From: Candidatus Helarchaeota archaeon | GTDB lineage: Archaea; Asgardarchaeota; Lokiarchaeia; Helarchaeales; RDOG01 | Assembly: GCA_019058315.1 (NCBI GenBank) | Contig: JAHPZH010000008.1 | Span: forward strand, 32,001-96,000 | DNA length: 64,000 bases | Direction: 5' to 3' | Part shown: positions 9,967 through 19,970 of the stretch, piece by piece | Layout: each line of letters opens with the position of its first letter | Numbering within the stretch: position 1 is the first letter of the stretch | Made by a program: the position numbers and the translations under genes | Notes under the pieces: generated by a model | Told to the model about the DNA's origin: nothing | Seen by the model: the letters and a program-made list of their open reading frames with translations, nothing else | Databases searched by the model: none

Positions 9967-10074
9967 CCAATTTAAAAAGTCGGAAATTAACGATTATAGA
10001 CACCTCCAAAGTTTTTAAAATATATATAGCCAAAAAAAATCGTTAAAAATAGATTGGTTTGTAATGGAAAAATT

Positions 10075-10149
10075 TTATTTGGCATATGGTGTGATGATGG
10101 CTTTTCTAATGTTCGGGATAACAAAAGACCACCCCATTTTTCACACCAT
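10075..10149 (-). promoter_or_regulatory. Structured 5' leader of avtA containing a 20-codon uORF (10137-10075)
   Basis: GGTGTGA SD + ATG, peptide MGWSFVIPNIRKAIITPYAK*; 9-bp stem AUGGUGUGA/UCACACCAU with inner helices; U5 and U8 tracts downstream. Confidence 0.45.
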
Positions 10150-10282
10150 TAGATTAAATTTATCCATTAGTATAAAGGAATCCCTAGGCTTAAATAAAAA
10201 GGTTTTGATTTTATGTATTAGAGGTTTATAATTTTTCAATTTTTATAAATTATTAATAACTAAAAACTGGAGTCATATTAAT

Positions 10283-11125
10283 TTGAAGTTTCCATGGGCA
10301 AAATCATCATTTGAAGAATCGGATTGTGTAATTATAGGAGTACCTGACGAAAGTGGAAGCCGTGCTTCAAGAGTGGGAGCACAATTGGGGCCATATTTTA
10401 TAAGAAAAGTTTCTAGTAGCCGTGATGTTTATGGACCCACTCGAATTGCACAATCTCTATCTGGAGAAATCAAAACTAAAATCCATGATTTAGGAGATGT
10501 AAAAAAAGAAGATGTAGAAAAGACTATTAGATATATTGTTGAGAATAATAAAGTTCCTGTTACCTTAGGTGGCGATCATTCAATCACCACTGAAGTATTA
10601 AAAGGATTTCCAACTGATAGGGAGATTAGCTTAATTTATATGGATGCTCATCCAGATATTATTTCGTCAGAAAGACATTATTTTGGTAGCGTAATTTTTG
10701 ACGTTTCCCAATTTAATAATATTAACATAACTGCGAGTGTAGAAGTCGGAATACGTGATCCAGAGGTAGAAGAAATTATAAATATTCGAAAATTAGGACT
10801 TAAAACTTTCACTACTTATGAAATTTACGATATTGGTATGAAAAATGTATTAAAAGAAATAGAAAAAATTGCCACAAAAAATATTTACTTATCGATTGAC
10901 ATGGATGTTTTAGATCCAGCTTTCGCTCCAGGAGTTGGTAGCCCGTCCCCCGGTGGTATTTCTGCTGTCAGATTAATGTATTTAGTTAAGAATATCGCAT
11001 CATGGGGGCGTCTTGTTGGAATAGATATCATGGAAACTAATCCAAAATATGATATACAAGATATGACCAGTCATTTAGCAGCGAATATATTAATAGAAAT
11101 TCTAGCTGCATTGAAAATTAGATAG
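10283..11125 (+). CDS. speB: Agmatinase / ureohydrolase family protein
   Basis: GGDHSIT, DAHPD, VGIR, SIDMDVLDPAFAPG. Confidence 0.85.
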   Translation: MKFPWAKSSFEESDCVIIGVPDESGSRASRVGAQLGPYFIRKVSSSRDVYGPTRIAQSLSGEIKTKIHDLGDVKKEDVEKTIRYIVENNKVPVTLGGDHSITTEVLKGFPTDREISLIYMDAHPDIISSERHYFGSVIFDVSQFNNINITASVEVGIRDPEVEEIINIRKLGLKTFTTYEIYDIGMKNVLKEIEKIATKNIYLSIDMDVLDPAFAPGVGSPSPGGISAVRLMYLVKNIASWGRLVGIDIMETNPKYDIQDMTSHLAANILIEILAALKIR

Positions 11126-11174
11126 AATATAATTTATATTTTTGAATTATCTTAATTTTTTTTAGGGTATTAAT

Positions 11175-11729
11175 TTGAAAGAAAGTGAGCATGACTTTTC
11201 TTCAACTTTAGGAGTTACTTTAATCTTTTTGACTGCATTTCCAGCATTTTATTTGATATTATTAATATTATCAGGTTTTCTAAATGTTGATGTCGGTGGA
11301 TCTTTCGGAGGAATCGACTTTTTCTCAATGGGTTCTATAATTATTTCAGTTATTTCTTTGTGCTTTTGTGTCACATCTTCATTATTGTATTTTACTGGAA
11401 TTTTAAGTAGTAAAAATGTTTTAATTAAAATTGGGTTTGGGTTAGGGATACCATATTGTGCTTTAAGTATTATAGGGGGATTTTTTATTTTTATTGTTTT
11501 TAAAAAGACAAATGATTTAATTTGGTACTATATATTCTTAAATATACTAGATACTATCGGAGGAACAGGTCCCCATTTCCCATATGTTAGAATTCCTGAA
11601 CTCAGCGACTTTTTACAGATTTTTTATATTTTAAATGTAGTAATAGCAGTTATTTACCTTATTTTGAGTTCAATTATTCTTTATTCAAAGTTAAAGATTC
11701 CTTACTACAAGAACTTCAAGGAATATTAA
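11175..11729 (+). CDS. Hypothetical multi-pass membrane protein
   Basis: About four hydrophobic segments. Confidence 0.6.
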   Translation: MKESEHDFSSTLGVTLIFLTAFPAFYLILLILSGFLNVDVGGSFGGIDFFSMGSIIISVISLCFCVTSSLLYFTGILSSKNVLIKIGFGLGIPYCALSIIGGFFIFIVFKKTNDLIWYYIFLNILDTIGGTGPHFPYVRIPELSDFLQIFYILNVVIAVIYLILSSIILYSKLKIPYYKNFKEY

Positions 11730-11736
11730 TAAAAAA

Positions 11737-13575
11737 TCAAATTTTTAATTCCCTAATCACAAACTCCAACTTTAATTCTTTTAATTTTTCTTTTGTAGGT
11801 TTTCCATTTGCATCCCAACCCCTAAGTTCATAATATTTATCAAGAAGTTCATTATAATCTTTCATTTTCAAGGTCTGTCCTTTAGTAGGCCCTTTATCCA
11901 TGGGATTGGTCCATCTTTTTGGCGGTAGATCCCAACTACGATCGAATCCAGGAACTTCTCGAAACCAAAAACAGCGGGTTAAATTCCACACTTTTTCAGA
12001 TTTTTTTAATAATTCTGTTGTTGTTGTTTCAATTCCTGTAATTGCAGTATAAAATTTCGCGTAATAATCATAATCTAGTTGTGTCTCAACCCACGGAAAT
12101 CTACACACCCCTAATTGATCTAATAAAGGGCGTTTATGTTGCAGATCGATAACAAGTTCAGGTTTTCCATCTAATTTTTCACGACCCATCCGAACATCGT
12201 CCATAACAGCCCAAGATCGGTTATGATGAGCTCCAATATCAGCAGTCATAAATGATAGTGCCATAGCGGGAGCCATCCTTGAATCATAAGCCGAAGTTTC
12301 ATTATTTTTAACTTGAATAGCGAAATCTATTGAATTTTTATCCCACCTTTTTGCTAGAAATACCGTACCTTCAGCTAATAACTCCCCAATACCATTTTTA
12401 TTGGCAATTTTCTTAATTAAATCAAATACTAATTCAGCATCTCCAAATTTGAATTCTATTCCATTTGTATCCTTTGAGGTTATTATACCTCTTTGATAGC
12501 ACTCTATTGTAAAGGCTATAGTAGACCCTGTTGAAATTGTATCTAAACCTAAATTATTACATAGATAATTAGCATATTGTAAATCTTGAACATCATTAAG
12601 TTCTAAATTTGACCCTATCATTCCAGTTGTTTCATATTCTGTAAAATGGGTTTGGATTCCTCCATATTTTTTAAGTTCTACAATCATCCAACACCCAATT
12701 GGGCAGCCCCAGCATGTTTTATCTTTCACCATAGTTTCTCTTCTTTGGGTTTGTCCACTAATTTTTTCCCAATCATCATAGCTCCCATATTGAAAATTTT
12801 TATTTGGTAGTATAGCAAAATTGTGACACCAATCTACTACGTTGGTTGTGCCCCATTTATGGAAAGCTTCGAAAAATCCATGTGAACGAATCTGTTTTAT
12901 AGCTTCTTTATTTAATGATTTCAAAGTTTCAGGATCAGTCACTTCAGGGCGTTTTGAACCTTTTGCTATGATTGCTTTAATTTTTTTATTCCCCATAATT
13001 GTACCAACGCCCTCTCTTCCTGCATTTCTTCCCTCAGCGTGAGTTATACAAGCATATTTTACCCCATTTTCAGCAGCAGGGCCAATAGAAGAAACTTGAT
13101 GAGTTTCAGAATATTTTTCTTTTAAAATTTTTTCAGTCTCAACTGTTCCTTTGCCCCACAGATTTGAAGCATCCTCAATGCTGATTCCATCATCATTTAC
13201 TAAAATATAAACAGGTCTGTTTGCTTGATTATTGAAAATCAACGCATCATATCCAGCAAATTTCAACTGTGGAGCGAAAAAACCTCCCATCATAGAATCA
13301 GCATATCCTCCAGTATGGGGTGATTTAGTTCCGAAAATTGTCCTATTTGCTGCTGGAAGAGTATGTCCTGTTAAAATACCAGTAGCAACAATAAAAATGT
13401 TATTCGGGTTTAAGGGATCTGTTTCAGCTTTCAACTCATCCCAAAGTATTTTTGCAATAAAACCTCTTCCACCTAAATATTCCTTTGCAAATTCATCATT
13501 CAAAGGTTTTTCCGTGATTTTTTCTCGCTTTAAATCTATATAAGCGATTTTTCCAGCATAACCCTTAATGGGCAA
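11737..13575 (-). CDS. aor: Tungsten aldehyde:ferredoxin oxidoreductase family protein
   Basis: YLGGRG, KSPHTG, LKFAGYD, GREGVG..MG.K..KAI, CWGCPIGC, EYET, CN.LGLDTIS, YY.LRGWD..G.P. Confidence 0.92.
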   Translation of the reverse strand: MPIKGYAGKIAYIDLKREKITEKPLNDEFAKEYLGGRGFIAKILWDELKAETDPLNPNNIFIVATGILTGHTLPAANRTIFGTKSPHTGGYADSMMGGFFAPQLKFAGYDALIFNNQANRPVYILVNDDGISIEDASNLWGKGTVETEKILKEKYSETHQVSSIGPAAENGVKYACITHAEGRNAGREGVGTIMGNKKIKAIIAKGSKRPEVTDPETLKSLNKEAIKQIRSHGFFEAFHKWGTTNVVDWCHNFAILPNKNFQYGSYDDWEKISGQTQRRETMVKDKTCWGCPIGCWMIVELKKYGGIQTHFTEYETTGMIGSNLELNDVQDLQYANYLCNNLGLDTISTGSTIAFTIECYQRGIITSKDTNGIEFKFGDAELVFDLIKKIANKNGIGELLAEGTVFLAKRWDKNSIDFAIQVKNNETSAYDSRMAPAMALSFMTADIGAHHNRSWAVMDDVRMGREKLDGKPELVIDLQHKRPLLDQLGVCRFPWVETQLDYDYYAKFYTAITGIETTTTELLKKSEKVWNLTRCFWFREVPGFDRSWDLPPKRWTNPMDKGPTKGQTLKMKDYNELLDKYYELRGWDANGKPTKEKLKELKLEFVIRELKI

Positions 13576-13605
13576 AATTAATCCTCCTCTTCATTCAAAA
13601 TAAAT

Positions 13606-14919
13606 TTAACAAGATTCTTTCAATACTTCATCCAAAATGTTTAATCCTTCTGTAGCTAATTCTTCATCAATATTTAGTGGAGGCATAATTCTAATAACCG
13701 AAACTCCAGCAGGCAGTAAAATTAATCCTTTTTTAAGTGCTGCACTCATGATTTTTTTGGGAAGTTCAAGATCTGGAGTTTTTAATTTTTTATCCTTTAC
13801 AAATTCAATACCCATCATAAGTCCTTTACCACGGACTTGTCCTATAGGCTCATAATCATTCTCAAATTCTTTAAGACGTTTCATAAAAAATTTACCCATC
13901 TTTGCGGAATTTTCAACCAATTTTTCTTCTTGCAAAATTTTAATGGTCTCAAATGCAGCAGCGCAGGCTAATGGATTACCTCCAAAGGTATTTGAATGCA
14001 TTCCTGATTCGTCAAAATTGTATTTACTATTAAATATTGTAGCTCCTATCGGAACTCCTGATCCTAACGATTTAGCAATGGTAATTATATCAGGTACAAC
14101 ATTCCAATGCTCAATAGCGAACATTTTACCAGTTCGTCCAAGACCAGCTTGAACTTCATCCATCACTAATGGAACTTGGTGTTCATCACAAATCTTCCTA
14201 ATATTTTCATGGAATCCTTCTGGAGGAACAACCATTCCACCTTCCCCCTGAATTGGCTCGGTGATAATTGCGGCGACTTTATCAGGAGGAAGAAAAGTCC
14301 TAAATATTACATCCTCAATATAATCTGCACAATAAAAACCACATTCACTTGGGCTTTCAAATTTACAGTGATAACAATTTCCATAAGGGACATGAGTGAC
14401 ATTTGACAGTAATGGTAGAAATTCCCGTCTATGTATGGGTTTACTAGCTGTTAATGCTAGGGAGCCCATCGTTCTTCCATGGAAAGCCCCAATAAATGCA
14501 ATAACATGTAAACAATTTCTTTGGGCTCTTGCTAGCTTTAAGGCAGCTTCTACTGATTCTGTTCCACTATTTGAAAAAAATACTTTTTTATCAAAAGTCC
14601 CAGGACTTATCTCACATAAGATTTTTGCTAACTTAACTTGAGTTTCGTTGTAAAAATCTTGGGGTGCAAAATGGATTAACTTATCCAACTGCTTTTTAAT
14701 TGCAGCCTTTAATCGAGGATGTTGATAACCAATATTAGCAACAGAAATCCCCGATGTAAAATCCAAATATTCATTTCCATCAATATCAATAAGTATACAT
14801 TTTTTACCAATTTCAGCTACAATTGGTGAAACTTTAGTTGAGTTACATAAATATTTTTGATCCATTTCAATTATTTTTTTAGATTTTGGACCAGGAGGAG
14901 GTATTTTAATCAATGGCAT
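13606..14919 (-). CDS. Class III PLP aminotransferase (4-aminobutyrate / ornithine omega-aminotransferase type)
   Basis: PPGPKSK, DIDGNEYLDF, NSGTESVEAA, AFHGRT, EPIQGEGG, DEVQAGLGRTG, AKSLG, TFGGNP. Confidence 0.9.
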   Translation of the reverse strand: MPLIKIPPPGPKSKKIIEMDQKYLCNSTKVSPIVAEIGKKCILIDIDGNEYLDFTSGISVANIGYQHPRLKAAIKKQLDKLIHFAPQDFYNETQVKLAKILCEISPGTFDKKVFFSNSGTESVEAALKLARAQRNCLHVIAFIGAFHGRTMGSLALTASKPIHRREFLPLLSNVTHVPYGNCYHCKFESPSECGFYCADYIEDVIFRTFLPPDKVAAIITEPIQGEGGMVVPPEGFHENIRKICDEHQVPLVMDEVQAGLGRTGKMFAIEHWNVVPDIITIAKSLGSGVPIGATIFNSKYNFDESGMHSNTFGGNPLACAAAFETIKILQEEKLVENSAKMGKFFMKRLKEFENDYEPIGQVRGKGLMMGIEFVKDKKLKTPDLELPKKIMSAALKKGLILLPAGVSVIRIMPPLNIDEELATEGLNILDEVLKESC

Positions 14920-15109
14920 AGTTTACCCTCGAAGTGATCTAAATTACATTGAATAAAGAATATATAAAAAATTAGAGAAAAAAAAAAGAATTTAAATGAT
15001 TTTAAGCTTAGCTAGAGATAAGGCTTACTTACAAACGGATTAAGGACTACTCGAGTTAGATAAAAGGAAGAAATATAAAGTTTGCCGAATTAAAATTAGA
15101 AAGTTCTAT

Positions 15110-15298
15110 TTATCCGCCAGCAATCTTAGGCAAGATAATGACTTTTTCGCCTTCATTTATAATATGATTTAAACCAACTGTTTTACCATCAATCAGTACT
15201 GCAAAGTAACTTGATTCTAAATTTAATTCAGTTAAAAGATCACTAACAGCTGTTCTTTTTTCTAAAATTAATTCTGTCATAGTGGATTTTGTGGACAT
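15110..15298 (-). CDS. MoaD/ThiS (SAMP-like) sulfur-carrier / ubiquitin-like protein
   Basis: About 62 aa, AVLIDGK, C-terminal PKIAGG; ATG at 15298 after AGGTG. Confidence 0.85.
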   Translation of the reverse strand: MSTKSTMTELILEKRTAVSDLLTELNLESSYFAVLIDGKTVGLNHIINEGEKVIILPKIAGG

Positions 15299-15404
15299 AA
15301 TATACACCTTAAAAGAAAAAGAGTAATCTAAAAATATAAATGTTATTATTTTATAAGTAGAGCTTTATTTATAGAATAGAATAATAGTAAAGTTAGGATT
15401 ATCT

Positions 15405-16718
15405 ATGTTTGCAGATAATGAAGCAATTATAAACAGAATTTCACAATGTTTTAAAACTGGAAATGTCACAGGATTCATCGAATTATTTAATTCGATTTCC
15501 AAACAAGAATTAAGTCTTGATTTCCAAAAAATTATAAATTTGAAAGAAAAACTTGGAGGATTATTAGTTGTTGCATTACAAAGCTCAATCCAAACTTCCG
15601 ATTTTTCTTCATTCTTTAAAATATTAAGTATAATAAATAAATATCAGCTTGCAAAACAAGATAAAACTAAAGAAGAAATTTCAAATATCGATACTTCAAT
15701 CGCCTCTGATTCGTTTCTAGAAAATCTACATAATTTATTTGGAACTTTTACCAGTGATTTTATCAGTTTCATTAAAAACGATTTACCAATATTTAATATG
15801 AGATTCCTCATGGGTTTTACACCAGAATTCCTTCTAGAAATAAGTCAAAAAGATAGAATTGCCGAAATTAAATCTTATGTAGAAAATAATTTTTATTTAT
15901 ATGGATTTAGGGTTAGAAAAGTTGGGAATTTCGATAGTTATCTGAAAAATTATTATAATAATAGAAAACCATACAAAGAAAGTGGCTATTATTCCTTGAG
16001 AATTAAAGGGGGAGCTTCTCTTATTTCATCTCGTTTTTTCTTTGAATTTTATGATTCTATCCGAGAAACTCACTTAATAAGAGAGGATGTGTTTAATAGC
16101 ATAATTGAGCAATATCAGAATGAGGAAAGTGTTTTCGGATATCCCTGTGTTTCAATGGTAGTTTCTGGGGGTATTGGACCGCAAGGGAAAGGTTTTGCTT
16201 ATCTAACTCCACACAGTGAGGTCATTGAAGTATGTTCAGATGCTCGACAAAATAAAGCATATATAATTGAGTTCAAGAAATTCCTTAAATCAAGATTTTT
16301 ATCCGAATTAGAAAAAAAATTACAAACTAGAGGTATAGATATAGGTTTAATAGAAGAAATTATCGATTTTCTTAATTCTCTTATCAAAGTAGAATTTGTT
16401 AGTTCTTTGCAAATAAATCTGGTTTGGGATAAAATTGAAGCATATTTGGAAGAAAAGTTAGAAAAGGCAGACATATCAGAAGAATTTATTGTTTTTTTGG
16501 AAAAATCTATATATAATATATTGGTACCAGTTAAAATAGAAGATCAATTTAAAACCAGAATGGATCTAATTAAGGACAACAAACTTTCTGCCTCAGATAT
16601 TTCAAAGCTTGTATCTCTTGGTAGTATATCACATTTCGATATCTTATGTCAACGGCGCTTTTTCTTAAATTTATTGGATAACATGATGGTAATTTATCTG
16701 CGGGAAGGAAAACTATAA
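15405..16718 (+). CDS. Hypothetical protein
   Basis: 437-aa ORF with a Gly-rich core GYPCVSMVVSGGIGPQGKGFAYLTP; function unknown. Confidence 0.7.
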   Translation: MFADNEAIINRISQCFKTGNVTGFIELFNSISKQELSLDFQKIINLKEKLGGLLVVALQSSIQTSDFSSFFKILSIINKYQLAKQDKTKEEISNIDTSIASDSFLENLHNLFGTFTSDFISFIKNDLPIFNMRFLMGFTPEFLLEISQKDRIAEIKSYVENNFYLYGFRVRKVGNFDSYLKNYYNNRKPYKESGYYSLRIKGGASLISSRFFFEFYDSIRETHLIREDVFNSIIEQYQNEESVFGYPCVSMVVSGGIGPQGKGFAYLTPHSEVIEVCSDARQNKAYIIEFKKFLKSRFLSELEKKLQTRGIDIGLIEEIIDFLNSLIKVEFVSSLQINLVWDKIEAYLEEKLEKADISEEFIVFLEKSIYNILVPVKIEDQFKTRMDLIKDNKLSASDISKLVSLGSISHFDILCQRRFFLNLLDNMMVIYLREGKL

Positions 16719-16816
16719 TCTGAATTTTTAATCTCTTTTTATATTAAAAGAAAATTATAAAAATTCATTAAATTCTATTTTTAATTAAAATGTTTAATAA
16801 GGGAGTTTAGATAACT

Positions 16817-17257
16817 TTGAAAATTATTAGTAAAGATTTCCAGCATGGAGGAATGATTCCATCGAAATTTACATGTGATGGTGTTGATGTATCTCCGCAA
16901 TTAGAATGGTCTGAAGTACCTGATGGTGTCCAAAGTTTCGCTTTAACTTGTATAGACCCCGATGCCCCTGTAGGAGGAATAGGTTGGGTTCATTGGATAG
17001 TTATAAATATATCTAAGGATGTTCTAGAAATTCCACAGGACGGACCAGTACCAGGTGAGGAAATTAGAAATGATTTTGGAAAAAAACCTTATGGTGGTCC
17101 ATGTCCTCCAGGAGGAACGCACAGATATTATTTTAAATTATATGCACTTTCAAAAGAGAAACTTGAAGGAGTGAAAAGGAGTAATTTTTTAAAAATAATC
17201 CAAGAAGCTACTATTAAATCGTGCGAAATAATGGGAAAATATTCTCGAAAACGATAA
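16817..17257 (+). CDS. YbhB/YbcL family (PEBP/RKIP-like) protein
   Basis: FTCDG..VSP.L.W, DPDAP, WVHW, YGGPCPP.GTHRYYFKLYAL. Confidence 0.93.
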   Translation: MKIISKDFQHGGMIPSKFTCDGVDVSPQLEWSEVPDGVQSFALTCIDPDAPVGGIGWVHWIVINISKDVLEIPQDGPVPGEEIRNDFGKKPYGGPCPPGGTHRYYFKLYALSKEKLEGVKRSNFLKIIQEATIKSCEIMGKYSRKR

Positions 17258-17328
17258 TTCATATTTTTTTTTATTATTACCATATAAATTTTTAGAATAC
17301 TCTCCATTAATACTGAACAGATAATAAA

Positions 17329-17652
17329 ATGTCAAATAAAAACCCAATAGGAACAAAAAAACTTGCGGAAATTGTATCAAACTATGAAAATTTAATCCTT
17401 TCAGATAATAATATCTTATTTCTTCAATTTATAAGCGCTAAATTGGATATGAATCAATTAAATGGTCTTCAGGATTGGCTCTTTGAGAAACTCACAAAGC
17501 AGGTAAAACCAAAATATAAGGAAGAATTTAATATTGATCTTGAATGTTCGAGATTTCCTACTCATTTTGAAATTAGAAACCTTGAAAAGTTACCTGAGGA
17601 AAAAGTTTCAAAAATTTTTAAGATGTTTGAGTGGGTATTAAATAAATTTTAA
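17329..17652 (+). CDS. Hypothetical protein
   Basis: 107-aa ORF with ATG start; no motif recognised. Confidence 0.55.
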   Translation: MSNKNPIGTKKLAEIVSNYENLILSDNNILFLQFISAKLDMNQLNGLQDWLFEKLTKQVKPKYKEEFNIDLECSRFPTHFEIRNLEKLPEEKVSKIFKMFEWVLNKF

Positions 17653-17664
17653 ATCAACAAAAAA

Positions 17665-17889
17665 TTATCCCGATTTCATCATCCAACTTTTTTTGCTAGT
17701 TCGTTCAACTAACCCTTTTTCTTCGAGTCTGATTAATACTTGGACGACTTGGTTTTGATTTAGAACTTGACTTTTATGTGCAATAAATTTTGGTCTACGG
17801 GCTTCTCTTTTTATTATTTCTAGGACTAATTGTTCTTCTAAGTCCAATTTACCACTTTTAGTCTTTTTTATCTTTGTCTTTTTACTCAA
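17665..17889 (-). CDS. Small basic winged-helix protein
   Basis: VVQVLIRLEEKGLVERT wing pattern; AGGAG SD. Confidence 0.6.
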   Translation of the reverse strand: MSKKTKIKKTKSGKLDLEEQLVLEIIKREARRPKFIAHKSQVLNQNQVVQVLIRLEEKGLVERTSKKSWMMKSG

Positions 17890-18061
17890 TTTAAAAGCGT
17901 TCTCCTTTGAATAGATTTTACTATTTTAAAAATTTGTTATTAATTTAAAAATTCTTTCTTTTTTTACATATTTTTATTTCATAGAAAAATATAATTATTT
18001 AAAAAAGTTAAAACAATATATATCAATTAGACATTTATCTTTTTACTTAAGTGAAGATAAA

Positions 18062-18199
18062 ATGGAATTATATAAAAAATGCATAATTATTTTTATGGGT
18101 AATGCATTATTCTCGTTGTTTTTAGCAATTATATTCTTTATATTTTTTGCTAATGACCCACTTTTTCAATTTCAAGAAGCTTTGGCTGATTTAGGTTAA
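18062..18199 (+). CDS. Small single-pass membrane protein, 45 aa (below track cutoff)
   Basis: AAGTGA SD, then MELYKKCIIIFMGNALFSLFLAIIFFIFFANDPLFQFQEALADLG*. Confidence 0.5.
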   Translation: MELYKKCIIIFMGNALFSLFLAIIFFIFFANDPLFQFQEALADLG

Positions 18200-18244
18200 A
18201 ATAAAATAATCTAGGAGAAAAGTATATTTTTAGAATTGAATAAT

Positions 18245-19948
18245 CTATTTTTGCTCTGTAATCATTTTACGCACTATAGCAACTATAATAAGACAAAATA
18301 CCGATACTGATATGTAAAATATCATCATTACGAGCAATTTATCGACTTCTCCACCAGATGCAATGCCATAAATAAAAAAGCTTGTGAAAAATACAGGTAA
18401 CCCCATTGCATACCAATAATAAGGTTCATTATATTTCTCTTTAGGAATCCTCTCAGCTTTATATGCATGAATTTCTGTTGCTGCAATTTCTTCTAGCATT
18501 CTCCCCTTGCCTTCTGGAGCTAGTAGATAAGTTGTAAATAAAATAGTGGCCACTGCCAGTCCCATGAGCCTAAACATGAATTGATAAGAGAGTCCCAAGC
18601 CCCCTAATTTTTCGGCTCCATACATCATTAGAAAAGGGGCTAAAATCGTTCCTCCTCTAGAAATTGCACCAATCCAACCCATAGCCGTGCTTCTAACATG
18701 AGTAGGGAACATCTCTAAGGGAATAAGAGTAGATGCAGTAGCCCATATCGGTGCACAAAATCCTGACAACATTGTGCCCAAAACAGAAATAGTCATAAGA
18801 AGAGGAATTGGTATATCCCCAGGTACAAATAAGGCGGGCCATGCCATAAATGCACCAGCCCAAATTGTGATATTTCCGAAACGATGAATACAAGTCACCC
18901 TACCCCAACGATCTATTAAAGGACCTGCCAGATAGTATCCCAGTCCTGCAGATATCATAAGTGGCAATGATACAAATCCAACTAAAGTTGATCCCATGTT
19001 TTGTTCTTTAGCAAAATAAAGTGCGAAAAAGGTTACTTGAGCAGACGTGATTAGCGTTCCCAAAAATCCCAATATGCAACCCAAAGTCATTGGACGAATA
19101 TATTTTCGTTTTAAGGGAACTGTCCATCCAGTCTTTGGCTTTAAACCTTTTTTTAATCGCCACTTTTCATATCTTTTCATAGAATTAAATAATTTAGTCT
19201 CTTTTAAAAAGAAAAATAATGGAATAATGAAAAAATAACCTAAACTTGTTAAGAAAAATAAACTCTGCCATGTGGATAGTTTCATTCCGAAAATTGATAA
19301 TTCAACTCCAATAGCTTGAATTATTCCACACGCAAACCCACCAACCGCATTTGTTGCAAGTACAGCTCCTACCAATCTCCCTCTTAATTGATTTGGAGCC
19401 TCTTCAGCCATTATAATAAGAACTATATCAGCAGAGAGAAAATAATTTGCACAAATTCGGATGATAAGAAAATAAATTAAACCTGGAGACCCACGGGGAG
19501 AAAATGCGGTTAAGACTGAAAATGTGATAAATGCAATTGCAGTTAGGAGTGTTAATGGACGTCTTCCATACTTATCAACAAAATATTTAAACGAAACCGC
19601 TGCAACTACTCCAACACCTGCAATACTAAGCACAATTCCCATGGTTACGGGACTACCTGTAAGCCCAAAATAAGTAAATAAGTCTGGATTAAAAAATTGC
19701 TCCAGACTCAATTCGAATCCACCCCCAAATCCGCCCATCGCTAAAGTAATTGCTAAAGTAGACCAACCATCGAAGAACGTGACAATTCCAGCGAAAAAAA
19801 GGACAAACCATAGATATTTATTCATTTTAGTAGGAAGTGAAGTTTCCTCTCTTCTTTTTTCACGAATTCTTCGGCGTTCTTCTTTAGATAATTTTTTGGA
19901 AGTCTCAGGATTATTAATTTTTTCTGTTTCTTTAGGTTCTGTTGACAA
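18245..19948 (-). CDS. MFS transporter
   Basis: 12+ TM helices; DKYGRR, EEAPNQLRG, DRWGR, EMFPTHVRSTAMG, PEGKGR.LEE. Confidence 0.9.
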   Translation of the reverse strand: MSTEPKETEKINNPETSKKLSKEERRRIREKRREETSLPTKMNKYLWFVLFFAGIVTFFDGWSTLAITLAMGGFGGGFELSLEQFFNPDLFTYFGLTGSPVTMGIVLSIAGVGVVAAVSFKYFVDKYGRRPLTLLTAIAFITFSVLTAFSPRGSPGLIYFLIIRICANYFLSADIVLIIMAEEAPNQLRGRLVGAVLATNAVGGFACGIIQAIGVELSIFGMKLSTWQSLFFLTSLGYFFIIPLFFFLKETKLFNSMKRYEKWRLKKGLKPKTGWTVPLKRKYIRPMTLGCILGFLGTLITSAQVTFFALYFAKEQNMGSTLVGFVSLPLMISAGLGYYLAGPLIDRWGRVTCIHRFGNITIWAGAFMAWPALFVPGDIPIPLLMTISVLGTMLSGFCAPIWATASTLIPLEMFPTHVRSTAMGWIGAISRGGTILAPFLMMYGAEKLGGLGLSYQFMFRLMGLAVATILFTTYLLAPEGKGRMLEEIAATEIHAYKAERIPKEKYNEPYYWYAMGLPVFFTSFFIYGIASGGEVDKLLVMMIFYISVSVFCLIIVAIVRKMITEQK

Positions 19949-19970
19949 ATTTATCTCCCTTTAAAGAAAT

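Noticed and set aside
10086-10149. SECIS, T-box or C/D interpretation of the same hairpin
   Set aside because: No 3' GA for a kink-turn core, no UGGNACC T-box bulge and no CUGA D box; no in-frame TGA seen in neighbouring genes.
10098-10200. Resemblance of GCTTTTCTAATGTTCGG to a guanidine-I (ykkC) riboswitch upstream of the ureohydrolase
   Set aside because: The CUAGGGUUCCG core is mismatched and the 3' GGGAUAAAAGCCCG element is missing.
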